A stretch of DNA of 64,000 nucleotides from a virus. Lineage: Duplodnaviria; Caudoviricetes. A model generated the notes under the pieces. The model was not told the DNA's origin. It was given only the letters and a program-made list of their open reading frames with translations, and did no database searches. Position 1 is the stretch's first letter, and each line of letters starts with the position of its first letter. The translations under genes were made by a program, and so were the position numbers. This document shows positions 1 to 10,421 of the stretch, piece after piece. The stretch is from positions 32,001 through 96,000 of IMG/VR virus record IMGVR_UViG_3300047561_000814; one strand, given 5' to 3'.

Positions 1-2
1 CA

Positions 3-311
3 GAAAGATATTTTGTTATAACAAAACAACTTCAACAACTATATAGAACATCTGGATTTGATTGGAATGCTGTTTCTGTAGTTAAGGTGTACGCATGCGT
101 TATTGATGGAGTTAATCCTTCTGGTAATTATTATGTAGCCTTAGATGCTTTAAAACTAGAAAATGTTGCTACAGTAAATCCACTCTACGGACTAACAGGA
201 TATTCAGTAATTCAAACTGCAGGCGCAGCAACAATAGTTAAGAGTCCTAATACTAGCAACTATGTTGAATTTAGATTTTCAATAGATCTTTCTAGCGGAA
301 ATAATTCATAA
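3..311 (+). CDS. C-terminal part of a probable virion/tail protein (gene starts before the window)
   Basis: Frame open from the window edge to the stop at 311; beta-rich composition; abuts the next structural-looking gene. Confidence 0.5.
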   Translation, partial: ERYFVITKQLQQLYRTSGFDWNAVSVVKVYACVIDGVNPSGNYYVALDALKLENVATVNPLYGLTGYSVIQTAGAATIVKSPNTSNYVEFRFSIDLSSGNNS

Positions 312-736
312 TGGCTGATGCAGGAATTAAAAAGGTTATAATTAAAAAAGCATCTTTACCAGCAGTAGACAGCAATAAGGTTGGATACGTTTTTAGATAT
401 AGAATTGTTTCTGAAGATAAGAATAGAACTTCTCAGTGGTCTCCAATAAACCTTGTATTAGATAACTCAATTACAAGTGTTGCTGGAACCGTACAGGTTT
501 CATCCTCAGTTATTAGTACAGTATGGGGGGATGAATTAAATAGACCCAAATATGATATTTTTGTTGCATTTGATGGGGCTACAGCAACCTATCACGGCAC
601 AACCCCAATTCACTCATATCAATTTATTAAAACTGGAACCACAAATGTACGTGTAATTATTCAAGTTGAATCATCTGAAAAAACACTAAACGCCAATTTG
701 CAAATATACAACTCTGGCCTAGTTTCTTTGGTATAA
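311..736 (+). CDS. hypothetical, probable virion protein
   Basis: 141-aa ORF, overlapping stop/start, beta-strand rich (YRIVSEDKNRTSQWS). Confidence 0.5.
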   Translation: MADAGIKKVIIKKASLPAVDSNKVGYVFRYRIVSEDKNRTSQWSPINLVLDNSITSVAGTVQVSSSVISTVWGDELNRPKYDIFVAFDGATATYHGTTPIHSYQFIKTGTTNVRVIIQVESSEKTLNANLQIYNSGLVSLV

Positions 737-752
737 TAAATTATGAGGACAT

Positions 753-1439
753 ATGAATAAAATAATAACATTTACAAATATACTTGGACTAGATTTTTTT
801 CCGCCTAAACCAGCAGTAAAAGAAGTGCCAAATTGGTACAAAGATACACCAGAGTATGTTAGTAATCTAGGTAAAAGATATGTTGATGGTGAGACACCCC
901 ATACAATTAAAAAATGTATGCCAGTATTTGATGCTATAACTGCTGGATATATTCTTTATACTCAAGTAGAGATACAAGTAACCCAACAAAATAATGTTCC
1001 ATACTATGTGTGGCCAAGTCAAGATTTTATAAATCACCATCTGCTGATACAAGCCCCTTTACACCCAGCAAAAAATGATGCAGGATATGCTAAGTTTAAT
1101 AATCCTTATTCAATTACTACTCCACCTGGATACTCAACCTTATTTATACAACCGTTTCACAGAGAGTCTGTATTCACTATTTTCCCAGGTATAGTAGATA
1201 CTGATACCTACAAAGCCCCAGTTAATTTTCCATTTGTACTTAATGATCTCAAATGGGAAGGAATAATTCCAGCAGGAACGCCAATGGCTCAAGTTATACC
1301 ATTTAAAAGAGAATCTTGGGAACATAAAATAGGTTCTAATAAAGAACGAGAAGAGCAAGAAAAAAACAGTAAAAAATTAAAAACTATGCTTTTTAATTCT
1401 TATAAAAAACAATTTTGGTTTAAAAAAGAATACAAATAG
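753..1439 (+). CDS. conserved phage protein, DUF6065-like/dUTPase-like fold (paralog 1)
   Basis: KKCMP..D..GY, TPPGYS, PGIVDTD, GTPMAQVIPFKR motifs shared with 45967 and 60563; own TGGTATAAT promoter. Confidence 0.55.
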   Translation: MNKIITFTNILGLDFFPPKPAVKEVPNWYKDTPEYVSNLGKRYVDGETPHTIKKCMPVFDAITAGYILYTQVEIQVTQQNNVPYYVWPSQDFINHHLLIQAPLHPAKNDAGYAKFNNPYSITTPPGYSTLFIQPFHRESVFTIFPGIVDTDTYKAPVNFPFVLNDLKWEGIIPAGTPMAQVIPFKRESWEHKIGSNKEREEQEKNSKKLKTMLFNSYKKQFWFKKEYK

Positions 1440-1448
1440 GAGAAATAA

Positions 1449-1889
1449 ATGGCTAAAGTACCACTACCAGAAAGAGGGCAACCTCTTGATGTTACATATC
1501 TATATCAATTGATTGAGGCCGTAAACGACCTTTCTACAAATGTTGCTTCTAAGCAAACAAGTAAGACAATTATTGATACAGCAAGTGCGGGTAAGGCAGA
1601 GGTGCAAACCTCTAATACAAGAATAGTAGGCGGTTTGGTTGAAGTTGCAAACAACTCCACAGTTTCGGCGGGAAACGAAAGAACGTTCACCTACGACTTT
1701 AAAGACTTTAAATACCCACCAATAGTATCAGCAACTCCAGTAAACACTGGACAAACACCAGCAGGGCAAAACGTAAATATTGTTTTAAAAAGCGTTACAG
1801 AAACAAGAGTAGAGGGTGTTGTAAGGTTTGGTGCTTCTGGAGACCTATCCCTATCAGTACATCTAGTCATTGTTGGTATTCCAAATTAA
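1449..1889 (+). CDS. hypothetical, probable tail-associated protein with an H-type-lectin-like C-terminus
   Basis: GGAG RBS; FK.PPIVSATP motif typical of tail-fibre C-terminal domains. Confidence 0.45.
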   Translation: MAKVPLPERGQPLDVTYLYQLIEAVNDLSTNVASKQTSKTIIDTASAGKAEVQTSNTRIVGGLVEVANNSTVSAGNERTFTYDFKDFKYPPIVSATPVNTGQTPAGQNVNIVLKSVTETRVEGVVRFGASGDLSLSVHLVIVGIPN

Positions 1890-1900
1890 AGATAAAATTA

Positions 1901-2092
1901 ATGATTTATTGTAAAAAATGTAAAGGTAGAACTTTTGTTGACAGGCAGTATAGCAGTGCCCAGCATATGGAGACATACTGCATGGTATGTGGTATGAGAA
2001 AATTTTTTCATCCACCAGCAGAAAGTGAAGAAGGACGATGGTTACTAGCAAAGGAATTATCCAGAGCGAAATCTACAATAGCGAAACTGTAA
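1901..2092 (+). CDS. small Zn-ribbon protein
   Basis: CKKC...CMVC. Confidence 0.6.
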   Translation: MIYCKKCKGRTFVDRQYSSAQHMETYCMVCGMRKFFHPPAESEEGRWLLAKELSRAKSTIAKL

Positions 2093-2580
2093 TACAAGGA
2101 AATAAAAAAATATGGTTTCTTAATGGAGATTTAGTAAGACTACATCACAGTTCAAGATCTACTGGAATGGTATCTGTTTATAATATTACTAAAGATAGAA
2201 TTGAAACTTGCTTACGATCTGATTTTAGAAAAAATAGAGAACGTGCATATACTGTTACTGAGACTGCTAAATTAATTAATCGTCATAGAAAATATATGCC
2301 TAAATTAATGAAGACTGGAATGATACCAAAACCAATTGGTGCAAGGCTAAATGGACAAAGGGGTTGGCAAATTAGATCCTATTACTCAGAAAGCATGGTA
2401 AGGGATATACGTGCTATACTGGCTACTATACATATAGGACAGCCAAGAAAAGACGGACTTATAACAAATAATATGACTCCTACAAGCCAAGAGTTGACAC
2501 GGCGAATGGGAGACGGTATACTTACATATACAAAGACAGAAGATGGAAGATTTATTCCTGTTTGGGCAGAAAACATTTAA
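2038..2580 (+). CDS. putative DNA-binding protein (MerR/excisionase-like HTH)
   Basis: YTVTETAKLINRH...GMIPKP...R.YYSE pattern. Confidence 0.5.
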   Translation: MVTSKGIIQSEIYNSETVIQGNKKIWFLNGDLVRLHHSSRSTGMVSVYNITKDRIETCLRSDFRKNRERAYTVTETAKLINRHRKYMPKLMKTGMIPKPIGARLNGQRGWQIRSYYSESMVRDIRAILATIHIGQPRKDGLITNNMTPTSQELTRRMGDGILTYTKTEDGRFIPVWAENI

Positions 2581-2599
2581 TAATAGAAACGGTGGGGTA

Positions 2600-2812
2600 A
2601 TGGAAAACGAAAATACAAAAGTATCAGTAGCACTTGGATATACACTTAATTTAGGTAACTTTCAATCACTAAGGTTTGATTTTAATGTTATAGATAATAC
2701 ACGAAATGGTGAGACAGTAGACCAGGCTTTTAATCGTGTCTATAAGTTTGTAGAAGATAAGTTAACAGAAAAAGTTAAAGAAGCCGAAACAGAGGCTGAA
2801 AGTAACAACTAA
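2600..2812 (+). CDS. hypothetical conserved actinophage protein
   Basis: GGGG RBS; TLNLGNFQSLR motif. Confidence 0.55.
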   Translation: MENENTKVSVALGYTLNLGNFQSLRFDFNVIDNTRNGETVDQAFNRVYKFVEDKLTEKVKEAETEAESNN

Positions 2813-3120
2813 TGACTGAACGCAAAGACCGTATGGCTTTGCTAAGTAGATACAATAAGTTGCATCTACAAAGATATGAAGCCAAAAGCAACATGAATCT
2901 TAATGTTGAACAATGGGCTGCAGATGCTCTTGTTGAATCTTATGGTATAGGAGTTTGTTATGATTTATTGGATTATTATTTTAATATTTCTCTTTCTCCT
3001 GCTTGGAATTACTTTGCATACAATGCACAGAAAATATTGGAAGCAAAACTAGAAGTAGAGCAAGACATTAAAGACCGAGAAGAGCGAAGAAAACTAGCAA
3101 GGAAGTGGATTAATGAATAA
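2812..3120 (+). CDS. hypothetical protein upstream of the helicase
   Basis: Translationally coupled ORF. Confidence 0.55.
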   Translation: MTERKDRMALLSRYNKLHLQRYEAKSNMNLNVEQWAADALVESYGIGVCYDLLDYYFNISLSPAWNYFAYNAQKILEAKLEVEQDIKDREERRKLARKWINE

Positions 3121-4339
3121 TACAGAAGCAAAGTTAATCACCGCAGTATTAAATGATAAACAGATTCATGTATTATTACAAGCAAATGTTGATAATCTTT
3201 TAAGAACCCACAATGACGTCTGGGGTTTTATCAGACTATATTCAGAAAATAATCAATCGGTTCCACCAGTATCTTTAGTTGTAGAAAAATTTAGAGACTT
3301 TGTGCCCGTAGAAGGGGTTGGTGCAACAAAGCATCACCTTGAAGAATTACAAACAGAATATCTAAATGATAGTCTTAAAGACATCCTACGGAATGCAGCA
3401 TCTGAAGTTCAAGTTGGTAATGGATCAAAGGCTCTTGAGCATATTATTACAAAAACATCAGAATTAAAAAAGAATACTGCTGCAATAAGAGATATTGAAG
3501 TAACAGACCTTGAGTCAGCAATTGCATACTTTGAGAATGTAAAGAAAATGCAAAGCCTAGGTCACATTGGAATTAAAACAGGTTTGCCAGGGTTTGATAA
3601 CTATTTACCTTCTGGAATCATGCCAGGACAACTAGGAGTCTTCCTTGCATATCCTGGTATTGGAAAGTCTTGGTTGGCTCTGTACTTCGCTGTACAGGCC
3701 TGGAAACAGGGTCGTAGCCCACTTATCATAAGTCTTGAAATGTCTGAAACAGAAGTTCGTAACCGTGTGTTTGCAATTATGGGTGAGGGCTTATGGTCTC
3801 ATCGTAAACTTAGCAATGGCGAAGTAGAAATTGAAATGCTTAAAAAATGGCATGCAGATAAATTACAAGGCAAGCCAGAGTTTCACATTATCTCTAATGA
3901 TAACGGAGGAGATTTAACTCCTTCAGTTATACGTGGAAAGATTGATCAATATAAGCCAGACTTTGTTGTTGTTGATTATTTACAATTAATGTCACCAAAT
4001 CAAAAGGCCGATAGTGAGACGGTACGTATGAAAAACCTTTCACGAGAACTTAAACTTATGTCTATTAGCGAAGAGGTTCCCATTATTGCTATTTCATCTG
4101 CTACTCCAGATGATGTTAAGGATCTTTCTACACCGCCAACTTTAGGACAAACGGCTTGGTCAAGACAAATTGCTTATGATGCTGACTGGGTAATGGCTTT
4201 AGGTCGTGCTACGAACAGTGATATTATTGAATGTGTATTTAGAAAAAATAGAAATGGTTTTATGGGGGACTTTTTAGTTCAAGTAGATTTTGATAGAGGA
4301 TACTATCGCTATAAGGATTATGAGGATAAAAATGGTTAA
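3113..4339 (+). CDS. dnaB: DnaB-like replicative helicase
   Basis: Walker A AYPGIGKS, SLEM, VVVDYLQLM, KNRNG. Confidence 0.95.
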   Translation: MNNTEAKLITAVLNDKQIHVLLQANVDNLLRTHNDVWGFIRLYSENNQSVPPVSLVVEKFRDFVPVEGVGATKHHLEELQTEYLNDSLKDILRNAASEVQVGNGSKALEHIITKTSELKKNTAAIRDIEVTDLESAIAYFENVKKMQSLGHIGIKTGLPGFDNYLPSGIMPGQLGVFLAYPGIGKSWLALYFAVQAWKQGRSPLIISLEMSETEVRNRVFAIMGEGLWSHRKLSNGEVEIEMLKKWHADKLQGKPEFHIISNDNGGDLTPSVIRGKIDQYKPDFVVVDYLQLMSPNQKADSETVRMKNLSRELKLMSISEEVPIIAISSATPDDVKDLSTPPTLGQTAWSRQIAYDADWVMALGRATNSDIIECVFRKNRNGFMGDFLVQVDFDRGYYRYKDYEDKNG

Positions 4340-5255
4340 AGATTCTTATACTGCAGAACAAGTTAATCGTGTGCTAACTGGTGCTGGCATTGATATTGAG
4401 GCTGAGTATGGAACAGACTATATTATATTTTGTCCGTATCATAACAACAACAGAACTCCCGCTGGTGAAGTATCAAAAGAGCATGGATTGTTTTTTTGCT
4501 TTGGATGTCAAACCACAAAAACTCTTGTTGAGTTTGTAATGTATATATCCAATAGAACCTACTTTGAGGCAATAAGATATATTAAAAGTAAAGAGCAAGA
4601 AAGTAGCATTGAGACATCAGTCAATAAGGCGTTAGTAAGTAAACCAGAGTTTATCCAGTATGATGAACTATTAATTAAAAGATTAAATAATAATGCATTA
4701 GAGTCTCCAAGAGCAGTTAGGTATTACGAAGGTAGAAAAATAACTAAAGACTCAATGATAAAATTTAATCTTGGCTATTCAGAAAAACAAGATTCAGTTA
4801 CAATTCCAGTACACTCTCCAGACGGCATGTGTATTGGATTTGTTGCTAGAACAGTTGAAGGCAAAGAATTTAAGAATACCCCTGGTTTGCCAAAAGGGAA
4901 AACCTTATTTAATTTACATAGAATAAAGGCTTCAAGCATTGTCTATGTAGTAGAGTCTTCTTTTGATGCAATTAGGCTAGATCAAGTAGGATTCCCTGCG
5001 GTTGCTACGCTGGGTGCTAATGTTTCTGCAGCACAAATAAAACTATTAGAAAAGTATTTTAATAGTATTGTTTTGATTGCAGATAACGATGATGCAGGAA
5101 TAATAATGAGAGATAAGTTAATTCAAAGACTTGGACCTGTTGTTACTTCTGTTTACGTAGATAAAAAATATAAAGATATAGGCGACATGGATGATGATGC
5201 AATTAAAAAGTTGGAGTTCCAATTTGACAATTCCATCACTAGTATGTTAAAATAG
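4332..5255 (+). CDS. dnaG: DNA primase (Zn-finger + TOPRIM)
   Basis: CPYH...CFGC zinc domain; VVES.FD and DND.AG TOPRIM motifs. Confidence 0.92.
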   Translation: MVKDSYTAEQVNRVLTGAGIDIEAEYGTDYIIFCPYHNNNRTPAGEVSKEHGLFFCFGCQTTKTLVEFVMYISNRTYFEAIRYIKSKEQESSIETSVNKALVSKPEFIQYDELLIKRLNNNALESPRAVRYYEGRKITKDSMIKFNLGYSEKQDSVTIPVHSPDGMCIGFVARTVEGKEFKNTPGLPKGKTLFNLHRIKASSIVYVVESSFDAIRLDQVGFPAVATLGANVSAAQIKLLEKYFNSIVLIADNDDAGIIMRDKLIQRLGPVVTSVYVDKKYKDIGDMDDDAIKKLEFQFDNSITSMLK

Positions 5256-5282
5256 ATATAACACATAAGGAGAAAAAATAAT

Positions 5283-5939
5283 ATGACTATTGTAAAGGGA
5301 CTAAAGAACATTAATGCCCTAGTTGACAAGCCAAAGTATGATGAAAACTCTCCAAAGGTAAGATGGTTAAAACTTGCCGATGGACAGTCTGCAAAGATTA
5401 GGTTCGTTGAAGAACTTGATGAAGACTCTGCAAACTATAATGCAGATCGTGGGTTAGCACTTGTTGTTAAAGAACACACAAATCCAAAAGACTACAAACG
5501 CAAGGCTGTAGACACTATGGAATCAGAAGGTCGTGACTGGGCTGAAGAAATGCATCGTAAAGATGTAAAGGCTGGCTGGAGAGCACGTCTTCGTTTTTAT
5601 TGCAACGTACTTGTAGATGATGGCATTGAAGAGCCATACGTAGCCATTTGGTCAATGGGCGTAAGTAAGCAATCTGCATTCAATACTATTCGTGAGTATG
5701 CCCTTGAAACAGGCAGCATCTCAAACATCTTATGGAAGTTAAAGCGTAACGGTCAGGGGACTGAAACAAGTTACACACTTATTCCATCTGCACCAGATAA
5801 AGAACCATTTAACTGGACAACACATAAGCCATACGCTCTTGAATTAGCATTAAAGAAAATTCCTTATGCTGAACAAGAAGCATTCTATTTGGGGTTTGAT
5901 ACTCCATCCGTAACTTCATCAACCAATACAGATTGGTAA
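5283..5939 (+). CDS. probable ssDNA-binding protein (gp32-like)
   Basis: Position between primase and polymerase; KRNGQGTETSY motif. Confidence 0.6.
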   Translation: MTIVKGLKNINALVDKPKYDENSPKVRWLKLADGQSAKIRFVEELDEDSANYNADRGLALVVKEHTNPKDYKRKAVDTMESEGRDWAEEMHRKDVKAGWRARLRFYCNVLVDDGIEEPYVAIWSMGVSKQSAFNTIREYALETGSISNILWKLKRNGQGTETSYTLIPSAPDKEPFNWTTHKPYALELALKKIPYAEQEAFYLGFDTPSVTSSTNTDW

Positions 5940-5940
5940 G

Positions 5941-8900
5941 ATGAACTACGTAGGCTTACATGTTCATACTCACTACTCCCTATTTGACGGCATAGCAACT
6001 CCACAAGAGTATGTAGACCGTGCTATCAAGTTGGGTATGAACGCTCTTGCAATTACAGATCACGGATCACTTTCTGGTCACAGAGAGTTTTACCGTTCTG
6101 CAAAAGAAAAGGGCATTAAGCCAATCCTTGGTCTAGAAGGATATATGTGTGCAGACATATCAGATAAAAGAGATAAGTCTGAAAGAACAGGTCAACAAGA
6201 TCTTGTTTATAATCATATTATCCTTCTAGCCAAGAACCAAAAAGGTTTAGAAAATCTTAATAAAATTAGCGAAATAGCATGGACGGATGGATTCTTTAAA
6301 AAACCAAGATTTGATTTTGAAATTCTTCAAAAATACAAAGATGGCATTATCGTAACATCTGCTTGCCCTAGCAGCGTTATTGTTAAAGCATTAGAAGAGC
6401 AAGAGTTTGCACTTGCTAAAAAACACATTAAGTGGTTTAAAGATAATTTTGGTAGCGACTACTACATTGAGGTCATGCCACATAATACGCCAGAAATAAA
6501 TAAATATCTTATTGATCTTGCTGATGAATTTAATATTAAAGTAGTAGTTACACCAGACTGTCATCATGTTGATGAATCACAAAAACATATTCAAGAGTTT
6601 AAACTTTTAATGAACACTCATGCTAAAGTACAAAAAGATGCTACATATACAAAATCTGTAAAGATTGATTCTATGATGGAGCGTCTTGATTATCTTTACG
6701 GAGAAGACCGCCAGATAACATTTAATAAGTTTGACATTCATTTACTTTCCTATGAAGAGATTAAGGTAGCAATGAAAAAACAGGGTATTGATAGAGAAGA
6801 CATATACTCAAACACACTATTACTAGCAGAGACAGTAAAAGACTATGAAATTAAAGATGGTCTTGATTTACTTCCAGTTCAATATAAAAATCCAGATCAA
6901 GAATTAGCAACCTTAGCATTTGCTGCATTAGAAGAAAAAAGATTAAACCCTAATTGGCTTGGCAACGATGTTTATGAACAAAGACTTATGGAAGAATTAG
7001 AAATTATTCGTGATAAAAAGTTTGCACCATATTTCTTAGTAGTTCAAAATATGATTTCTTGGGCAAAGAAAGAAGGAATCTTAGTTGGTCCAGGGCGTGG
7101 ATCTTCTGCTGGTTCTTTGGTTTGTTATCTTCTTGGCATTACTGATATTGATCCATTAGAGCATGGGCTTTTGTTCTTTCGTTTTATTAATCCAGAACGT
7201 AATGACTTTCCCGATATTGATACAGACATTCAAGATACTCGTCGTGATGAAGTAAAAGATTATTTAGTTAGACAGTATAGGCATGTAGCATCTATTGCAA
7301 CGTTCCTTCAATTTAAAGATAAAGGTGTTGTGCGAGATGTTGCACGAGTTTTAGATATTCCACTTGCAGATGTTAATAAGGTTTTAAAACTTGTTGACAC
7401 TTGGGATGAATATTGCACATCTAAAACTACATTATCATTTAGAGAAAAATATCCAGAGGTGGAAATTTATGGAGAACAGTTACGTGGTCGTATTAGAGGT
7501 ACTGGCATTCATGCTGCTGGTGTGGTTACTAGTAAGGATCCAATCTTTAGGTATGCGCCATTGGAAACTCGTTCTTCTCCTGGATCCGATTATCGCATTC
7601 CTGTGGTCGGTGTTGATATGGAAGAGGCTGAAAAGATTGGTCTTATTAAAATTGATGCATTAGGACTTAAAACTTTAAGTGTAGTAAAAGATTGTATTGA
7701 CATGATTAAACAAAATCACTACAAAGATATTGATCTTTTATCAATTGATATGACAGACTCTAAAGTATACGAAATGCTTTCAGATGGATATACCAAAGGT
7801 GTGTTTCAGTGTGAGGCAACTCCGTACACAAACCTTCTAGTAAAAATGGGAGTAAAGAATTTTAGCGAGTTAGCAGCATCAAACGCCCTAGTTCGTCCAG
7901 GCGCTATGAACACTATTGGTAAAGATTATATTGCTCGTAAACACGGAAAACAAAACGTTTCTTATATTCATCAAACTATGAAAGAATTCACAGACGACAC
8001 ATATGGGTGTATTCTTTATCAGGAACAGGTTATGCAGGCTTGCGTTTATCTTGGTGGAATGACAATGGCTGAGGCTGACAAGGTTCGTAAGATTATTGGA
8101 AAGAAAAAAGATGCAAAAGAGTTCAATCTATTTCAAGATAGGTTTGTTGCTGGGGCGAGTAAGTTCATATCTCCTAATAAAGCCTTGGATCTATGGAAAG
8201 ACTTTGAGGAACACGCAGGTTATTCGTTCAACAAGAGTCATGCGGTTGCTTATTCTACACTCTCGTATTGGACGGCGTGGTTAAAATACTACTATCCACT
8301 TGAGTTTATGTTTGCCCTTCTTAAAAATGAGAAGGATAAAGACGGTAGAACAGAATATCTAATTGAAGCAAAACGTATGGGTATATCAGTTAAACTACCA
8401 CATATAAATGATTCAGACCTTGACTTTAAAATTGAAGGTAAGGGGATTCGTTTTGGATTAACTGGTATCAAGTTTATTTCAAATAACATTGCACAAAAAT
8501 ATATTGATGCAAGACCATTTAATAGTTATAAACAACTTGAAGAGTTTACATTTACAAAAGGTAATGGCGTAAACAGTAGAGCACTAAATGCGCTTAGGCT
8601 AACTGGTGCTGCAACATTTTCTGATAATCCACGTAACGATGAAGACATTAAAGAAAATCTTTATGAGTATTTAAATCTTCCAGAGTTCAATATTTCTATT
8701 CCATCTCACTATTATGCATTTATTCAATCAATTGAGGATTTTGAAGAAAAAGGATCTTTTATTTTAATGGGTATGGTTAAAGCAATTAAACGAGGAAAGG
8801 GATGGTCAAGGGTTGAAATTTTAGACAAAACTGGAAGCGTTGGTATATTTGATGAAGAATCAACAACTATTGAAACAGGTCGCACCTACTTAATTCTTGC

Positions 8901-9228
8901 TAATGATAATAGAATTGTTTCTGCAGTTCCTATTGACGAAGTAAAAGGATCAACAAATGCACTTGTTAAGTTTTTAAGTTATAAGCAACTACCCTATACA
9001 GAAGATGAAATGTTTGTTGTTTCATTTAAATCAAGAATAACAAAGGCTGGAAAGAAAATGGCTTCTTTAACCTTAGCAGATACGTCAAGAGACTTACACT
9101 CAGTGACAGTATTCCCTACTGCATTTCCAAAAGCATACATGCACATTGAAGAAGGCAAGTCGTATAAATTTAGTTTTGGTAAAACCAAAGATGGCACGGT
9201 AATTATGGAGGATGTAAATGTCAGTTAA
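5941..9228 (+). CDS. dnaE: DNA polymerase III alpha subunit
   Basis: PHP LHVHTHYS, AITDHG; GRGSSAGS; PDIDTD; YSFNKSHA. Confidence 0.97.
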   Translation: MNYVGLHVHTHYSLFDGIATPQEYVDRAIKLGMNALAITDHGSLSGHREFYRSAKEKGIKPILGLEGYMCADISDKRDKSERTGQQDLVYNHIILLAKNQKGLENLNKISEIAWTDGFFKKPRFDFEILQKYKDGIIVTSACPSSVIVKALEEQEFALAKKHIKWFKDNFGSDYYIEVMPHNTPEINKYLIDLADEFNIKVVVTPDCHHVDESQKHIQEFKLLMNTHAKVQKDATYTKSVKIDSMMERLDYLYGEDRQITFNKFDIHLLSYEEIKVAMKKQGIDREDIYSNTLLLAETVKDYEIKDGLDLLPVQYKNPDQELATLAFAALEEKRLNPNWLGNDVYEQRLMEELEIIRDKKFAPYFLVVQNMISWAKKEGILVGPGRGSSAGSLVCYLLGITDIDPLEHGLLFFRFINPERNDFPDIDTDIQDTRRDEVKDYLVRQYRHVASIATFLQFKDKGVVRDVARVLDIPLADVNKVLKLVDTWDEYCTSKTTLSFREKYPEVEIYGEQLRGRIRGTGIHAAGVVTSKDPIFRYAPLETRSSPGSDYRIPVVGVDMEEAEKIGLIKIDALGLKTLSVVKDCIDMIKQNHYKDIDLLSIDMTDSKVYEMLSDGYTKGVFQCEATPYTNLLVKMGVKNFSELAASNALVRPGAMNTIGKDYIARKHGKQNVSYIHQTMKEFTDDTYGCILYQEQVMQACVYLGGMTMAEADKVRKIIGKKKDAKEFNLFQDRFVAGASKFISPNKALDLWKDFEEHAGYSFNKSHAVAYSTLSYWTAWLKYYYPLEFMFALLKNEKDKDGRTEYLIEAKRMGISVKLPHINDSDLDFKIEGKGIRFGLTGIKFISNNIAQKYIDARPFNSYKQLEEFTFTKGNGVNSRALNALRLTGAATFSDNPRNDEDIKENLYEYLNLPEFNISIPSHYYAFIQSIEDFEEKGSFILMGMVKAIKRGKGWSRVEILDKTGSVGIFDEESTTIETGRTYLILANDNRIVSAVPIDEVKGSTNALVKFLSYKQLPYTEDEMFVVSFKSRITKAGKKMASLTLADTSRDLHSVTVFPTAFPKAYMHIEEGKSYKFSFGKTKDGTVIMEDVNVS

Positions 9229-10231
9229 CATACAAGATGTACTAGCACAGTTAGACCCAAGAATTAGAAAACGTCTTGGGACAGGAGAGGGAATTACTTT
9301 TGAGTATCAACCAACTCCAAGTTTTGGTTTAAATCGTGCCCTTGGCGGTGGATTGCCATACGGAAGACAGGTTCTTATATGGGGTAGCAAGTCATCTGCT
9401 AAGTCTTCTATGTGTCTACAAATGATTGCTTTAGCACAAAAAGAAGGCAAGGTTTGTGCATGGATTGATTCTGAAATGTCCTATTCGGAAGACTGGGCTA
9501 AACTGATGGGGGTAGATCCAACAAAACTAATTTACTCTCAAGCACGTACTATTAGCGATATGGTAGATGTTGGCGTTGGACTTATAAATGCTGGAGTTGA
9601 TCTTATTGTTATTGACTCAATTACATCAATGCTTCCTGCAATATATTTTGAAAAAGATTCAGACGAAATGAAGGCGCTTGAAAATACAAAGCAGATTGGT
9701 GCAGAGTCTAGAGACTTTAGCAATGCCTGGAAAATGCTTAACTATGCTAACAATAAAGTAAAGCCCACGCTGCTTGTTCTTATTTCACAATCAAGAAATA
9801 ATATTAATGCAATGTACACAAGCCAACAACCTTCTGGCGGTCAGGCAACTAAGTTCTACTCATCTTGCGTAATTAAATTGTTTTCTTCTGAATCAGAAAA
9901 TCAAGCAATTAAAGGAAAGATTAAAATTGGAGATAAATTAATTGAAGAAAAAATTGGTAGAAAGATTCGTTGGGAACTACAATTCTCTAAAACCTCTCCA
10001 GGGTTCCAATCTGGTGAGTATGATTTTTATTTTAGAGGTGACAATATTGGTATTGATGCAATAGGAGATTTAGTTGATACTGCAGAATCAATGGGCTTGG
10101 TTAATAGAACTGGCGCATGGTATCAGTTAGATGACGGCACAAAGGTACAAGGCCGTGATGGTTTTATTGCTCGTGTTAAAGAAGATCTAGATTTACAGGA
10201 ACAACTTAAGAAAAAAATAATTGATGCCTGA
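9218..10231 (+). CDS. recA: RecA-like recombinase
   Basis: GGGLPYGR, GSKSSAKS, WIDSE, VIDSI, GAWY. Confidence 0.93.
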   Translation: MSVNIQDVLAQLDPRIRKRLGTGEGITFEYQPTPSFGLNRALGGGLPYGRQVLIWGSKSSAKSSMCLQMIALAQKEGKVCAWIDSEMSYSEDWAKLMGVDPTKLIYSQARTISDMVDVGVGLINAGVDLIVIDSITSMLPAIYFEKDSDEMKALENTKQIGAESRDFSNAWKMLNYANNKVKPTLLVLISQSRNNINAMYTSQQPSGGQATKFYSSCVIKLFSSESENQAIKGKIKIGDKLIEEKIGRKIRWELQFSKTSPGFQSGEYDFYFRGDNIGIDAIGDLVDTAESMGLVNRTGAWYQLDDGTKVQGRDGFIARVKEDLDLQEQLKKKIIDA

Positions 10232-10421
10232 GCAAATTTTTACTGTATATCCTGGAAAATGGCCATGCAAGACTTGTCAAGAAGTTGTAATATCTTTAAG
10301 GTATTGGCCAGAAACTGGAAATGCCACCTGGATGTGTACACAAAAACATATTTCAAAAGTTAATCTATTACCTCCAACAAAGAAGGACTATGAGCAAAAA
10401 CAAAGAAAAGAGATTATATAA
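10224..10421 (+). CDS. small Zn-binding protein
   Basis: CKTC...C...H. Confidence 0.5.
   Translation: MPEQIFTVYPGKWPCKTCQEVVISLRYWPETGNATWMCTQKHISKVNLLPPTKKDYEQKQRKEII

Noticed and set aside
5941-9228. Intein or intron in DnaE, DnaB, RecA or terminase
   Set aside because: Lengths are ordinary and no splice-junction or LAGLIDADG motifs are seen
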